IMG/VR virus record: IMGVR_UViG_3300044580_000130
Span: 1-44,942 of that record
DNA length: 44,942 bases
Strand: one strand, 5' to 3'
Source: a virus
Taxonomy: Duplodnaviria; Caudoviricetes
The notes beneath the pieces are model-generated. The model ran no database searches. It saw only the letters and a program-made list of their open reading frames with translations, and was not told the DNA's origin. Numbering within the stretch: the stretch's first letter is position 1; every line of letters begins with the position of its first letter. Positions 9,719-19,761 of this stretch are shown here, one piece after another. The position numbers and the translations under genes were made by a program.

Positions 9719-10281
9719 GTATAGATTGGAGGGACCTCGACCCCAACGCCCCGAAAAAGGATCCAAAACGACAGATGCAGGGGCAGATGAACAGAGTTGT
9801 CGGAGAGCATTTTGAACAATACATAAAGGCAGCCTGTGAATTCTATAAGATGAAGGACCTGGCATATGTGGAGAAAACACCTGAGCCCTTCAAGGTTACG
9901 GGGAAGCGCACAGGTCCATACGGGAATGGATTGATATTTGAAGGTCACTTTGAAAAACCAGCTCAGCCAGATTTCAAGGGCACATTAAAAGGCGGAAGAT
10001 CCATTGTTTTTGAAGCGAAGACCTCCCAGGGCGACCGGATATTGCAATCAAAAGTGACTGAGGAACAGGTGAATGCGCTTGAATTTCATCATAATCTCGG
10101 AGCTCTCTGTTATGTTTTTGTTGCCATGGGAATGAGAGATGCCTTTCGGGTGCCGTGGGAGGTGTGGCAGAACATGAAAAGTCTGTACGGTAGAAAGTAC
10201 ATGACATTCAGAGAACTGGAGCCGTTCACTCTCACACAGAAAAACGGAATAATCCTATTATTTGATGGGGTGGAACTATGA
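9715..10281 (+). CDS. recU: Holliday junction resolvase, RecU family
   Basis: GEHFEQYI, KTPEP, PDFKG, FEAK motifs; ATGA-coupled start at 9715. Confidence 0.85.
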   Translation: MSIDWRDLDPNAPKKDPKRQMQGQMNRVVGEHFEQYIKAACEFYKMKDLAYVEKTPEPFKVTGKRTGPYGNGLIFEGHFEKPAQPDFKGTLKGGRSIVFEAKTSQGDRILQSKVTEEQVNALEFHHNLGALCYVFVAMGMRDAFRVPWEVWQNMKSLYGRKYMTFRELEPFTLTQKNGIILLFDGVEL

Positions 10282-11342
10282 AAATTGAAAAATCAGAAAT
10301 CGCGGCCAAACTCAGCAAGATAAAGAGTGCGGTACCGACAAAAACAACCCTTGCGGCTCTGCATGGCGTGTTGTTTAAGAATAACCGGCTTGCAGCATAT
10401 AACCTGGAATTTGGCATTATCGCGGAACTGGACGTCGAATCTGACGAAGAGTTCATTATCCCTGCGAAGGCAATTGAAATGATCGATGCTCTGCCGGACG
10501 GAATGATCGAGATTACAACGAACGAAGCCAATGAGGTCCTTATCAAAACAGGATCCATCAAAAATAAGTTCTCCAGTATTCCGGCGAGTGAATATCCAGA
10601 GATCCCTGATCTTGAATCGAATTCGGACAAGATATTTATCGAATTCATAAAGCTGCAGGATGCCATATCGTCTGTCCTTTATGCAATACCGGTCCAGTTT
10701 TCCAAACCTGTTATGACCGGAGTGTTCTTCGAAGCCAGCGATGGCTATTTAAACCTTGTAGGCTGTGACGGGTACCGCATGGCGTGGAACAGGATACCGT
10801 TCAGCGGGACGTTCAAATTCATAGCGCCGAAAGAGTCGATTCAGAAACTCATATCAATCGATATAAAGGGAGACGTTGAAGTCCTGTTTGATTCCAAGAA
10901 AGCGATATTCAAGGCGCCGGGATACACAGTGTTTACCAGGTTGCTTGATGGTACATATCTGGACTATAAGACGATGTTCATGAAATATGAAAATGCAACG
11001 ACGATCAACCGCCGGGCCTTTTCTGACTGCGTACGCAGGGCGCTTATCTGCATAGATACGAAACTCAAGGTGTCTATACGGCTTAACTTCGACGGTGAAG
11101 AGATGAAACTTTCATTGAATTCCTCAACATCGGAATACTCCGAAAAAATCAGGTTGAATAAACCAGTACAAGAGCCTTTGGAAATTGGATTCAATGCGCA
11201 GTATCTCCATGATGCTCTTCGCTCTTTTGAGGGGAATTCAGTTGAGGTCGGTTTGGGATCATCGTTAAAGCCTATGACGATAAGCGACGCTGACCTAAAA
11301 GCGCTGGTTCTGCCGGTCAGATTAAAAGCGGAGGGTAAATAG
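10278..11342 (+). CDS. dnaN: DNA polymerase III beta sliding clamp (phage-encoded)
   Basis: 354 aa; GCDGYRMA, TRLLDGTYLDY, IGFNAQYLHDAL and C-terminal LVLPVR match DnaN. Confidence 0.9.
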   Translation: MKIEKSEIAAKLSKIKSAVPTKTTLAALHGVLFKNNRLAAYNLEFGIIAELDVESDEEFIIPAKAIEMIDALPDGMIEITTNEANEVLIKTGSIKNKFSSIPASEYPEIPDLESNSDKIFIEFIKLQDAISSVLYAIPVQFSKPVMTGVFFEASDGYLNLVGCDGYRMAWNRIPFSGTFKFIAPKESIQKLISIDIKGDVEVLFDSKKAIFKAPGYTVFTRLLDGTYLDYKTMFMKYENATTINRRAFSDCVRRALICIDTKLKVSIRLNFDGEEMKLSLNSSTSEYSEKIRLNKPVQEPLEIGFNAQYLHDALRSFEGNSVEVGLGSSLKPMTISDADLKALVLPVRLKAEGK

Positions 11343-11344
11343 AC

Positions 11345-11638
11345 GTGGAAGTAAAAATATGGCCATGGAAGCCCGGAGATCAAGGATATCTTTGTATGCC
11401 GCTCAAGAGCAACATACCCGAGCCGAATCAGGACGGCAAACATCAGGATTGGAAGCTTGTTAATTGCCCGGAATGCGGTAATGAATGCTGGGAAAGCGAC
11501 AAATCCAGAGAAGTCCAAAAAACAGGAGTTGTCGCCTTATGTACACATTGCGCACTGAAAAAGGGCATGGAAGGGTGCAACACGAATGGAAAGAGTAATC
11601 ACGGCGCTGCGAAGGCTCAGAATCGGGAAGATCATTGA
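11345..11638 (+). CDS. Small Zn-ribbon hypothetical protein
   Basis: CPECGNEC...CTHC; RBS GGAGG. Confidence 0.7.
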   Translation: MEVKIWPWKPGDQGYLCMPLKSNIPEPNQDGKHQDWKLVNCPECGNECWESDKSREVQKTGVVALCTHCALKKGMEGCNTNGKSNHGAAKAQNREDH

Positions 11639-11951
11639 GGAATATGACCTGCAGGCCAAGATCGCTGATGCTCTGCTGGCAGCCGGGATTGAATTCGAAA
11701 AAGAACACGTTCTCGGCGCCGGCAGCAGGGTAGACTTTTTTACAACTGATGGTATTGCCATTGAGGTTAAAAAGGGCAAGCCGAACCGGTCAAGGCTCAT
11801 GGATCAGATTGAAAGATACGCCGCATTTGATGAAGTGCGCAGTATCGTCATCATTGTAGAAACAAGCCTCCGAATTCCGACAGCAAGGACCCTTAACGGG
11901 AAGCCCTGCGAAGTACTCGGATTACAGAAGCTTTGGGGGATCGCTTTATGA
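11586..11951 (+). CDS. PD-(D/E)XK restriction-endonuclease-like protein
   Basis: E...RVDFF...IAIEVK...QIERYA pattern. Confidence 0.7.
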   Translation: MERVITALRRLRIGKIIEEYDLQAKIADALLAAGIEFEKEHVLGAGSRVDFFTTDGIAIEVKKGKPNRSRLMDQIERYAAFDEVRSIVIIVETSLRIPTARTLNGKPCEVLGLQKLWGIAL

Positions 11952-13717
11952 TACCAATGCACCTATTAGAACTACCACAGGAGCCGGATACATATTACGG
12001 GACATTAACGGCTAAGGCCGACAGTGAAAATAACATTCGAGAGTGGATCATCGAAGGAGATCCCGGGGTAATTGAGTTTGCAAAAAGGCTGTTTCCCGGG
12101 TCTAAGGGAGCCGGGCGTGGAAATGCAAGGTTCCCCAATACGAAGCGGAACGCTGAAGACCTGAACTGGTTAATGATGCGGTACCCACTGAAGATCAACG
12201 ATACGGAAGCTTGGAATCAGAGTTATAGGGGCGCTGTCGATCACGCGCTGCGGATCAGGGATTTTAACCAACGGCCGGACAAGATACTCCCGCCGGCAGA
12301 GTTCAAAGGCGAGCTTGCAGAATTCCAAAAGGAAGGGCTTTCTTATTTATCCGTGGCCGAACGTGCGCTTCTTGCCGATGAAATGGGCTTGGGGAAAACG
12401 GTTCAGGCGCTGGCAATGATCGCCCAGAAAAAAGCGTATCCGGCGCTGATTGTAGCACCTCCGCACCTGATCATTAACTGGAACAAGGAGATCAATAAAT
12501 TTTTGACGTTGCCGGGTACCGGACAGATGACAATCCTTCAAGATAGTCCGCCTGATGCGGTGCATGTGATCAAAGGGCTAACTCCGTATGATCTGCCTCC
12601 GGCGAATATCTACCTGATTCATTATCTGCTGCTTCGCGGCTGGAAAAACGCTCTTCCGGAATACAACTTCAAAGCCGTTATATGGGACGAGATTCAGGAG
12701 CTCCGGCACACGGGAACAGAAAAATATAGCGCGGCGTCGATACTGGCCGGCAAGGTTCCGTATTGCGTTGGCCTAAGTGGTACCCCGATTTATAACCGTG
12801 GCGGCGAGATGTGGGCTGTCATGAACATTATTGAATATCATTGCCTCGGAGACTGGGACAGTTTCACGCGTGAATGGTGTTATGGCTATGGCGGAGATGT
12901 CGTACAGGATCCGGAGAAGCTTGGTTCTTATCTGAAGCGCGAAGGACTGATGCTCCGGCGTCGCAAAGAAGAAGTGCTCAAGGAGCTTCCCCCGAAGCGC
13001 AGAGTTGTCCAGACCGTAGATTTCGACAGCGGTACATACGGAAAACTGATACAGGAAGCCGTCGCCAAGGCAAATATGATCGACAGTATCAAAGATCATT
13101 ATGAGAAGGGCAGAATGACCAGGGAAATTATCGAGGACAGCCGCCAGGCTATAGGAATCGCAAAGGCTCCGTTCGTCACAGAATTTCTTAAGATGCTTCT
13201 TGATGCCGGGGAATCGATTCTGGTATTTGCGTATCACCATGCCGTGTTTGATATATACCGGGAAGAACTGAAGAAATACGATCCGGTTGAAATTACCGGT
13301 CGGCAGACCGCCAAGGAAAAGGACGAATCGGTCAGCGCCTTCATGAATGGCAAAACAAACATATGTATGGTGAGCCTTCGGGCAGCTGCCGGGCTTAACC
13401 TCCAGCGTGCTACATGTGTTGTCTTCGGTGAGCTCGATTGGTCACCGGCCATACATTCCCAAGCTGAGGACCGGGCACATCGAATGGGACAGACCGACAG
13501 CGTTTTATGCTATTACCTGGTTGCCGAAGAGGGCACCGATGAAGTTATTCAAGAATTTCTGGGGCTGAAGGTGTCACAGTTTAATGGCATCATGGGCGAC
13601 AAAACGGAGACCGAGGAAGATAAGGCTATCGCCCAGGCTGTGGCGACAGAGCATATGAGCAAAGTTGTTCAAAAGCTGAAAACCACGAAACAGCAGAAGG
13701 GAGATCAGAGCGCATGA
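11948..13717 (+). CDS. SNF2-family DEAD/DEAH helicase (SMARCAL1/HARP-like)
   Basis: LLADEMGLGKT, WDEIQ, LSGTP, GLNLQ, QAEDRAHRMGQ. Confidence 0.92.
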   Translation: MIPMHLLELPQEPDTYYGTLTAKADSENNIREWIIEGDPGVIEFAKRLFPGSKGAGRGNARFPNTKRNAEDLNWLMMRYPLKINDTEAWNQSYRGAVDHALRIRDFNQRPDKILPPAEFKGELAEFQKEGLSYLSVAERALLADEMGLGKTVQALAMIAQKKAYPALIVAPPHLIINWNKEINKFLTLPGTGQMTILQDSPPDAVHVIKGLTPYDLPPANIYLIHYLLLRGWKNALPEYNFKAVIWDEIQELRHTGTEKYSAASILAGKVPYCVGLSGTPIYNRGGEMWAVMNIIEYHCLGDWDSFTREWCYGYGGDVVQDPEKLGSYLKREGLMLRRRKEEVLKELPPKRRVVQTVDFDSGTYGKLIQEAVAKANMIDSIKDHYEKGRMTREIIEDSRQAIGIAKAPFVTEFLKMLLDAGESILVFAYHHAVFDIYREELKKYDPVEITGRQTAKEKDESVSAFMNGKTNICMVSLRAAAGLNLQRATCVVFGELDWSPAIHSQAEDRAHRMGQTDSVLCYYLVAEEGTDEVIQEFLGLKVSQFNGIMGDKTETEEDKAIAQAVATEHMSKVVQKLKTTKQQKGDQSA

Positions 13718-14571
13718 ACAGTTTCACTGTAATCACATCATTAGCATCAGTTGCCTTTCATTATGATGGGCCGCGCCAGTCTGACTGGTCAAAATATGAG
13801 CACTACGGCCTGTTTTGCAAATTGATGAATTACCTCGGGTCAATTGGTTTTGCCGTCTCGCAGGATCCGGAGGTGCTGAAAAAATATCACAGGATACACA
13901 AGGACCATTATTACGGCAGGCAGCGCAATCTCGAATTCAAGGCTAATCGATATCCGGCAGGCTTCAATATAGAGTTTTTCCAGAATATCGTTCATGAAAA
14001 TAAGTGCGGCGGGTATTACGACTTTGACAAATATGAAAAAATGCCTTATCTGATCAAAAAGCAGTTCGATCTGACAGCACGCAAGATCAGCCGGTTTTTA
14101 CTGGCTGAGGGGATTCAGGAAAAACCTAAGTTTATCCCGAAAACAGCAGAAGAGTATATAAAGCATGATTTCGCTGAAAGCTGGCATCACCCTCAGAAGG
14201 ATATGAAATTCGAATTGTCCGACTTGGACGGACAGACCTCGGATTCATATAACAACGAGAGCCGGGACGGTTCAGTACTCCACAACGGAGATATCAAATA
14301 CTTCAGAGGCTGGAATGGGTACCTTAATCGCGGGCGGATCTACCACAATATCAACAACATGTGGTGGGTGATCACAGACAGCACAACGGTCAAAAACGTA
14401 GCATCGTTCGAACTGTTTGATTATTCACCGATAGAACCCCGGCGGCTTAAGAAGGGAAGGCTGCCGGAAGCGTTCAAAAAGAAGATGGAAGTCGTATCTG
14501 CGATGAGCACAAAGGAATTGGAAAGAGAACTTCGCCGCCGGAAGAATGTGAAAGCAGGAAAGAGCTCATGA
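13714..14571 (+). CDS. Conserved phage hypothetical protein
   Basis: 285-aa ORF coupled at both ends. Confidence 0.8.
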   Translation: MNSFTVITSLASVAFHYDGPRQSDWSKYEHYGLFCKLMNYLGSIGFAVSQDPEVLKKYHRIHKDHYYGRQRNLEFKANRYPAGFNIEFFQNIVHENKCGGYYDFDKYEKMPYLIKKQFDLTARKISRFLLAEGIQEKPKFIPKTAEEYIKHDFAESWHHPQKDMKFELSDLDGQTSDSYNNESRDGSVLHNGDIKYFRGWNGYLNRGRIYHNINNMWWVITDSTTVKNVASFELFDYSPIEPRRLKKGRLPEAFKKKMEVVSAMSTKELERELRRRKNVKAGKSS

Positions 14572-15071
14572 ATGATTTAAAAATAGAATCCGGCGCAACA
14601 TTCGACTCGACAGGAAAATACCGCTTTTCACTTTGGCGCTTATGGGATATAAGCAAACCTCACGTTGTTTTTATCATGTTGAACCCGAGCACGGCAAACG
14701 CTGAGACAGATGATCCAACTATTAGACGCTGCGTAAACTTTGCAAAGACGTGGGGATATGGCGGTCTAAAGGTGGTCAACCTGTTTCCTCTTGTTTCGGC
14801 ATACCCGAAAGTATTGCTTATTGAGCGCCACTGGGTGCAAGAAAATATAGCAGAAAACATAATCCTTGATGAAGTCAAGGGCGCTGGAATTATTGTTGCT
14901 GCGTGGGGCAGTTTTAGAGAGGCCCAAGAAAGAAGCCTTTATATATTAAACATGCTTGATGGCTACCCGCTTTATTGCCTCGGCGTGAACAAGGACGGCA
15001 GCCCAAAACACCCATTATACATAAAAGGCGATGTGGTACCACAACAGTATTTAAAGGGGAGATCAGGCTGA
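14568..15071 (+). CDS. DUF1643 family protein
   Basis: YRFSLWRLW, FIMLNPSTA...DDPTIRRC, VVNLF, VAAWG, PKHPLY. Confidence 0.85.
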   Translation: MNDLKIESGATFDSTGKYRFSLWRLWDISKPHVVFIMLNPSTANAETDDPTIRRCVNFAKTWGYGGLKVVNLFPLVSAYPKVLLIERHWVQENIAENIILDEVKGAGIIVAAWGSFREAQERSLYILNMLDGYPLYCLGVNKDGSPKHPLYIKGDVVPQQYLKGRSG

Positions 15072-15826
15072 TGGAAAAAACATGTTTATATTATGAGACA
15101 TGTGGAATGGAATATTGTCTCTACGATGTTGAATGCCCGGAGTATATAAAGAAGCCTAAACCGATTCTTTTCAGCACGCCAATGGTCAAGGCGATTGATG
15201 ATGATCGAAAGACTATGACCCGGAGGGTGCCAAAAATACCAAAGTGGGCACTGGGCGGTTATGAAAACTTCCAGATCGATGATCACGGGAACTTGGAGAC
15301 CATATGTGAAAATACAGGCTGTTTTACAATAATTAAGCCTCGCTATCAGCCGGAAGATATCTGCTACGTACAAGAAGCATGGAAAATCATAAGCCATCAT
15401 GACATTGATAACAGTATGGTTATCCAATATCGTGCGGATAATCATGTAGAACTCGTTGATTTTACATATGAACGATATGAAAAGTTCCTCAAATTTGCTT
15501 TCAAGAATGGCTGGCAGTCCCCATATTTCATACCATACGAAGCAGCCCGTTACTGGGTACGCATAACCGGAGTACGGGCGGAACAGTTACAGGAGATCAC
15601 CGAAGATGATGTTATCGCCGAGGGAACCAAGGACGGAGATAATTATATCGAGAAGATACCGCCTTCTGGAGACCGCGATGTCGATACTAGCATTGCGAAC
15701 TGGCATATCGCATGTTTTGAGTATCTGTGGAACTCTATTAATGCCGGACGCGGTTATAACTGGTATAAAAATCTGCCGGTGTTTGTGTACCAATTCAAAT
15801 GCTGCGAGAACCCGATAAATAAATAA
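15071..15826 (+). CDS. ASCH/PUA-like phage protein
   Basis: KPILFSTPMVKAI...KTMTRR, WQSPYFIP..AAR, VRAEQLQEITEDDVIAEG; TGATG-coupled start. Confidence 0.7.
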   Translation: MEKTCLYYETCGMEYCLYDVECPEYIKKPKPILFSTPMVKAIDDDRKTMTRRVPKIPKWALGGYENFQIDDHGNLETICENTGCFTIIKPRYQPEDICYVQEAWKIISHHDIDNSMVIQYRADNHVELVDFTYERYEKFLKFAFKNGWQSPYFIPYEAARYWVRITGVRAEQLQEITEDDVIAEGTKDGDNYIEKIPPSGDRDVDTSIANWHIACFEYLWNSINAGRGYNWYKNLPVFVYQFKCCENPINK

Positions 15827-15842
15827 TAAGGAGGGCAAAACC

Positions 15843-16157
15843 ATGTCACAGCAGACAAAAGGTGAACATTTGGTCAAAGGACTGGACCAGATCAGAGACG
15901 GCTTGGCAAACATAAACCGTTTCAGCAGCAAGCAGGACCTTATAAAAATGCTTGTCACGTCCCAATCAGCCGCAAAGCAACTGAAAGGTTTGCTCAATGA
16001 CAATTCACTCCTGAAAACCCTCGTTTATTCGATGGTCGCGTCCAGGAACAGCAGGCTAAGTACAGAGACAGTCGATAAGGTAATCTCAGATTTTCTGGAT
16101 ATCCTCTTCGATCTGTCACAACCGGTGCCGGAGGAAGAGGAACCCAATGAACAATGA
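15843..16157 (+). CDS. Hypothetical protein
   Basis: RBS AAGGAGG, 104 aa. Confidence 0.75.
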   Translation: MSQQTKGEHLVKGLDQIRDGLANINRFSSKQDLIKMLVTSQSAAKQLKGLLNDNSLLKTLVYSMVASRNSRLSTETVDKVISDFLDILFDLSQPVPEEEEPNEQ

Positions 16158-16641
16158 CAGCTATTTTGATCAGCCGGCACCGAAGCTCTCCAACAAGCAA
16201 ATAAGGGAGCTGACTCGGAAGTGGTCAATTATCGGGTGCTCAGTATGCGGTAGTGGCGGTACTATGTATAAACAGGGTGACGGGTATGTCTGCAAAGCGC
16301 ACAGAGTACCAAAATCGATTGAGGTTTCTCCACCTACTCCTAGTCATAAGCCGAAAAATGAAATTCTAGTGCATGGTGGTATGAAATATGGGTGTGAATC
16401 GTGCGGGAAACAATGGTTCATGAACCTTGAAATCGGTGTCGAAGAAGAAGGGAAGAATGGTCGTCCGCACCAGCCAAGCCCGTTTTTTATCCGGTGCGAT
16501 TGCGGAGAAATAGCGCACGATATCAGTGGATATCTTCCTCTTCCTGAATTGAGGTCGCTACGTCCTGGAATGCGATATTTCAAATACGACAACAGCGGCA
16601 GACGCGACGCCTGCGGAAAACCAACTATCTATAATCCGTAG
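16147..16641 (+). CDS. Cys-rich hypothetical protein
   Basis: CSVC, CESC and CDC motifs; overlaps the upstream stop. Confidence 0.75.
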   Translation: MNNDSYFDQPAPKLSNKQIRELTRKWSIIGCSVCGSGGTMYKQGDGYVCKAHRVPKSIEVSPPTPSHKPKNEILVHGGMKYGCESCGKQWFMNLEIGVEEEGKNGRPHQPSPFFIRCDCGEIAHDISGYLPLPELRSLRPGMRYFKYDNSGRRDACGKPTIYNP

Positions 16642-16683
16642 AAGGGTAGGGACGAATGCTATGGTGTGGAACGGAGGTTAAAA

Positions 16684-17301
16684 ATGTATAAAAGAAAAAG
16701 GCTAACAACCGATACGCCGTCGAATAATTTTGAAACGGCCATGAACTACGTTTTTGATAAGGACAGGGAAGCTTTTATCAGGCATGACGGTAGGACAGAC
16801 AATGTACCGCTGTGGCAATATATTGACCGTCTATGTGAAGAACGAGGGTGCGAAATTGAGTCTCCGCAGGATTCTGAACAAACAGACTGGCGTTGTTGCG
16901 ACTGCGCAATGGACGGTGAGGCATGCCCTATATCAATGATGTACACATTCGCTTCTCAGGCTGTTCAACTCAGAGGACGGCTAATAGAATATGAAAACGC
17001 CGATGATCACGGCAAATTGTTGCGGTTGCCCTGCAAACGTGGAGATATTTGCTATGAGGTAGACCAGTCACACGGGGTAATCACCCATACGGTTACGGGC
17101 ATGACGATGTACAACCGTAAAGCTGATGGACAGCGTTATATAAACGACATCGACAATATCATTACTATTGATACATGGGCTGTCGGTGATGACGGCTGCG
17201 AATGGCCGGACCATTACACTGTAGAAGAATGGGAAAATGCACCAAAAACCCGCAAAGTTGCCGAAGCGGCGCCGAAAGGCGGTGTAGACGGTGATAATTG
17301 A
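16684..17301 (+). CDS. Phage hypothetical protein
   Basis: RBS GGAGG before ATG 16684; RLIEYEN..GKLLRLPCKRGD mosaic segment common in Clostridia phages. Confidence 0.75.
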   Translation: MYKRKRLTTDTPSNNFETAMNYVFDKDREAFIRHDGRTDNVPLWQYIDRLCEERGCEIESPQDSEQTDWRCCDCAMDGEACPISMMYTFASQAVQLRGRLIEYENADDHGKLLRLPCKRGDICYEVDQSHGVITHTVTGMTMYNRKADGQRYINDIDNIITIDTWAVGDDGCEWPDHYTVEEWENAPKTRKVAEAAPKGGVDGDN

Positions 17302-17467
17302 CATCGGATATGTATGCTCAAATCGAGATCAAATCTGCAGGAAGTGCGGAAAAACCATACCGAAGCATACAAAATCAGTCAAAACGACAAAAAAACTACG
17401 TGGGGCTCATAGCCTGACCGATACGTGGTACACCTGTATGGATTGCGAGAAAGGAGCGCAGAAATGA
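17291..17467 (+). CDS. 58-aa zinc-finger protein (not in ORF track)
   Basis: GTG start, CRKCGKTIPK...TCMDCEK; stop overlaps the next ATG. Confidence 0.7.
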   Translation: MIIDIGYVCSNRDQICRKCGKTIPKHTKSVKTTKKLRGAHSLTDTWYTCMDCEKGAQK

Positions 17468-17931
17468 ACGTCTGCGTCCGTGAAGTCAATTATCGTGGTG
17501 GATATAAAAATATGTGGGTCGCCACCGATTTAAAAACAGGGGTGACTGGCAGAAGCGTCAAGGGCAGCGAGGAGGCAGTAGTCAACTTAAAACGGAATCT
17601 GAAAAAGATACTCGAAGATCCAAAAAAGGATATACCCGTTAAACGGGAAAAGGATCGAGACGAAATAAGCCTTGAATCCGTCGAAGATCTGTATAAATTT
17701 CTTCAAGGTAAAGTTCCGCATTGCCTCACTCTGCGAGAACCTCCGAAATTATCTAAAAGGGCGGCTTTTGCGGTCATTTATTACCTGCAGGAAATCATGC
17801 ATCTCATACCGGACCATTACGAGCGCTGCAATATCTGCGGCGTTCTATATGATATAGAACAGGAGGGCGGTTCAGACGAGCGTAACAATTACTGCGATTA
17901 TCACTTGCCACAGAAGGACAACGACGCCTGA
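17464..17931 (+). CDS. Hypothetical protein with C-terminal Cys cluster
   Basis: RBS AAGGAG, ATG 17464; CNICG...YCDYH. Confidence 0.75.
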   Translation: MNVCVREVNYRGGYKNMWVATDLKTGVTGRSVKGSEEAVVNLKRNLKKILEDPKKDIPVKREKDRDEISLESVEDLYKFLQGKVPHCLTLREPPKLSKRAAFAVIYYLQEIMHLIPDHYERCNICGVLYDIEQEGGSDERNNYCDYHLPQKDNDA

Positions 17932-18010
17932 CACCCTCAAGCTCTGCCCATACTGTAGGGGTCAGGCTGATAATCAAAAGCAAAACAGAGAGAAAGCTGG
18001 ATTAAAATAA
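17924..18010 (+). pseudogene. Possible Lar-like (restriction alleviation) remnant
   Basis: ACG-P-D-T-L-K-L-C-P-Y-C-R-G-Q-A resembles the M..LKPCPFCGG.A N-terminus; ACG in place of ATG and an early stop. Confidence 0.4.
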
Positions 18011-18087
18011 AGAAATCAGCCGATATCGATACGACTGGCCGGTAAATCACACCAGCACCTGCATACACTATCCTCGGAGGGGTGCGT

Positions 18088-18276
18088 ATGCAGAGGTATA
18101 TCGTACAAGTGCGGTTCAGGGACGAAATATTTATACGAATTGTTGACACAAAACGACATGCCGAGGCTTTGGTCGATGAAATCAACCGGCTAGGATACCG
18201 ACATTATGAAGGTAACGCTGTCAGGGTGTTTCGACCAGGGCAGGTCACAGCAGATTACAGGAAGGAGACGTTATGA
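18088..18276 (+). CDS. Small hypothetical protein
   Basis: RBS GGAGG, coupled to the next gene. Confidence 0.7.
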   Translation: MQRYIVQVRFRDEIFIRIVDTKRHAEALVDEINRLGYRHYEGNAVRVFRPGQVTADYRKETL

Positions 18277-18764
18277 ACGACACAGACCGGGTAATAGATC
18301 ATATTTTCAACATGATGCCGGAGGACGAAAACGAGGCGGAGGTGTTCAGCGCTGCCCTTAATGCCCTCCGTGCAGAGGCCGACCGGGCCAATGGGTGCCC
18401 AAAATGCCAGAGAGGTTTTACCGGAGGATATCCGATCAGGTTGCTTGATCCTGACGCTATATTCTGTAGTCGGTGCGGACGGAAACTGGAGCGCGAAAAC
18501 CCGCCGCCGTTGACACCGGATCAGCTGCGGGAAATCAATCAGGACATGGAGAACCGCCGCTGGGTATGGATCGAACTTCTTAAAATCCCTCATCACAATG
18601 AAATCGAATCCGCATATTATCGGGTTCAAAGTGATTACACGCATGGAAGAGCATTTTGCTGTGGTTATCCGGGTTATGGTGTTCATTTTGAATATCACGA
18701 TTACGGTATAACATGGCTTGCATACAACTATCAGCCAAAGGAGGTCCTTTATGACGGACACTAG
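18273..18764 (+). CDS. Zn-ribbon phage hypothetical protein
   Basis: CPKC, FCSRCGRKL, PLTPDQLRE, DYGITWLAY. Confidence 0.75.
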   Translation: MNDTDRVIDHIFNMMPEDENEAEVFSAALNALRAEADRANGCPKCQRGFTGGYPIRLLDPDAIFCSRCGRKLERENPPPLTPDQLREINQDMENRRWVWIELLKIPHHNEIESAYYRVQSDYTHGRAFCCGYPGYGVHFEYHDYGITWLAYNYQPKEVLYDGH

Positions 18765-19227
18765 CGGGGACTTGACAATGAAATCACCTGTAAATGGGTT
18801 TGTACGGGAATTCAATAATTACGCCAGAGCGCATAGGCAAGCCTTCAGACTGACGGCCCAAACGAAGAAATTTAAGGGCGCCGACCGCTGCACTTTTATT
18901 GTGAACAATAATATATCGGGCATCTTCACAAAAGCCAACGACGAACTGCAGGCCGTGACGCTTATTGCCACAAACAGGAAAGCGAAAGAATTTCTGATTG
19001 TTCCGCTTGTCATCGCCTGTCTGATTGATGTATTCACCGGCACAGAGGCAAAAGAGAGAAACAGTATCATGAATCAACTCGGCCTCTACGATAAATCCTG
19101 TCTCACGGGAAAGGAACTTACGGTCGGCGGATATAAATATACGATCACCACCGCAAAAGCAACGCTGTTTTTTACAGTTATCAAGGAGGCGCTTATAGAA
19201 TGCCGAAGAATCCGCCAAACGAATTAA
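18751..19227 (+). CDS. Hypothetical protein
   Basis: RBS AAGGAGG before ATG 18751. Confidence 0.7.
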   Translation: MTDTSGDLTMKSPVNGFVREFNNYARAHRQAFRLTAQTKKFKGADRCTFIVNNNISGIFTKANDELQAVTLIATNRKAKEFLIVPLVIACLIDVFTGTEAKERNSIMNQLGLYDKSCLTGKELTVGGYKYTITTAKATLFFTVIKEALIECRRIRQTN

Positions 19228-19754
19228 TAAGACTGGCCGCTGAGGTCGGTGCCAAGACAGCGCTTGAAACAATGGCTAAAGAGAAGAAAAAAGCCCAGGA
19301 ATCCAGGTATAACCGAAGGCTACGTAATACAAAAACGCTTCTTGAGCATTATCGGGACTTCAAGGATCACGTCGCCTATGCCGTTTTTGATGTGGAACGG
19401 CTGGTATATGAGAATGCGGTTGATGTTCTGGATCTCATGTGGGACCCGAATGGAAACAGCGAATTGTATGTGGAGAGCATCAAGAAGAGCGTTGCCCGGA
19501 CGCAGCTGATTGTTAATCATATTACGGAGATGCTCCGGATTTATGAAATTGTATGCGCCAGATCCCCGAAGCCGGAAGACATGCGCCGGTACCGTGTGAT
19601 AGAAGCGCTGTACATAATAGACAAGCCTATGACGATCAGTGAAATAAAGGAAAAAGAGAGCGTCGACGAGAGAACCATATACCGTGACAGGGATACCGCG
19701 ATAGAGAAATTATCCTCATTAATCTTTGGTATTGACGGCTTAAAAAGGGAATAA
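19200..19754 (+). CDS. Late transcriptional activator (ArpU/RinA-like, sigma region 4-like HTH)
   Basis: RNTKTLLEHYR N-terminus, C-terminal HTH VDERTIYRDRDTAIEKLSSLIFG; last gene before the packaging module. Confidence 0.75.
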   Translation: MPKNPPNELIRLAAEVGAKTALETMAKEKKKAQESRYNRRLRNTKTLLEHYRDFKDHVAYAVFDVERLVYENAVDVLDLMWDPNGNSELYVESIKKSVARTQLIVNHITEMLRIYEIVCARSPKPEDMRRYRVIEALYIIDKPMTISEIKEKESVDERTIYRDRDTAIEKLSSLIFGIDGLKRE

Positions 19755-19761
19755 TTGCACG

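Noticed and set aside
865-13717. Host-type restriction-modification or DISARM system
   Set aside because: The genes are coupled within the phage early operon, and no cognate restriction subunits or DrmABC set were recognised
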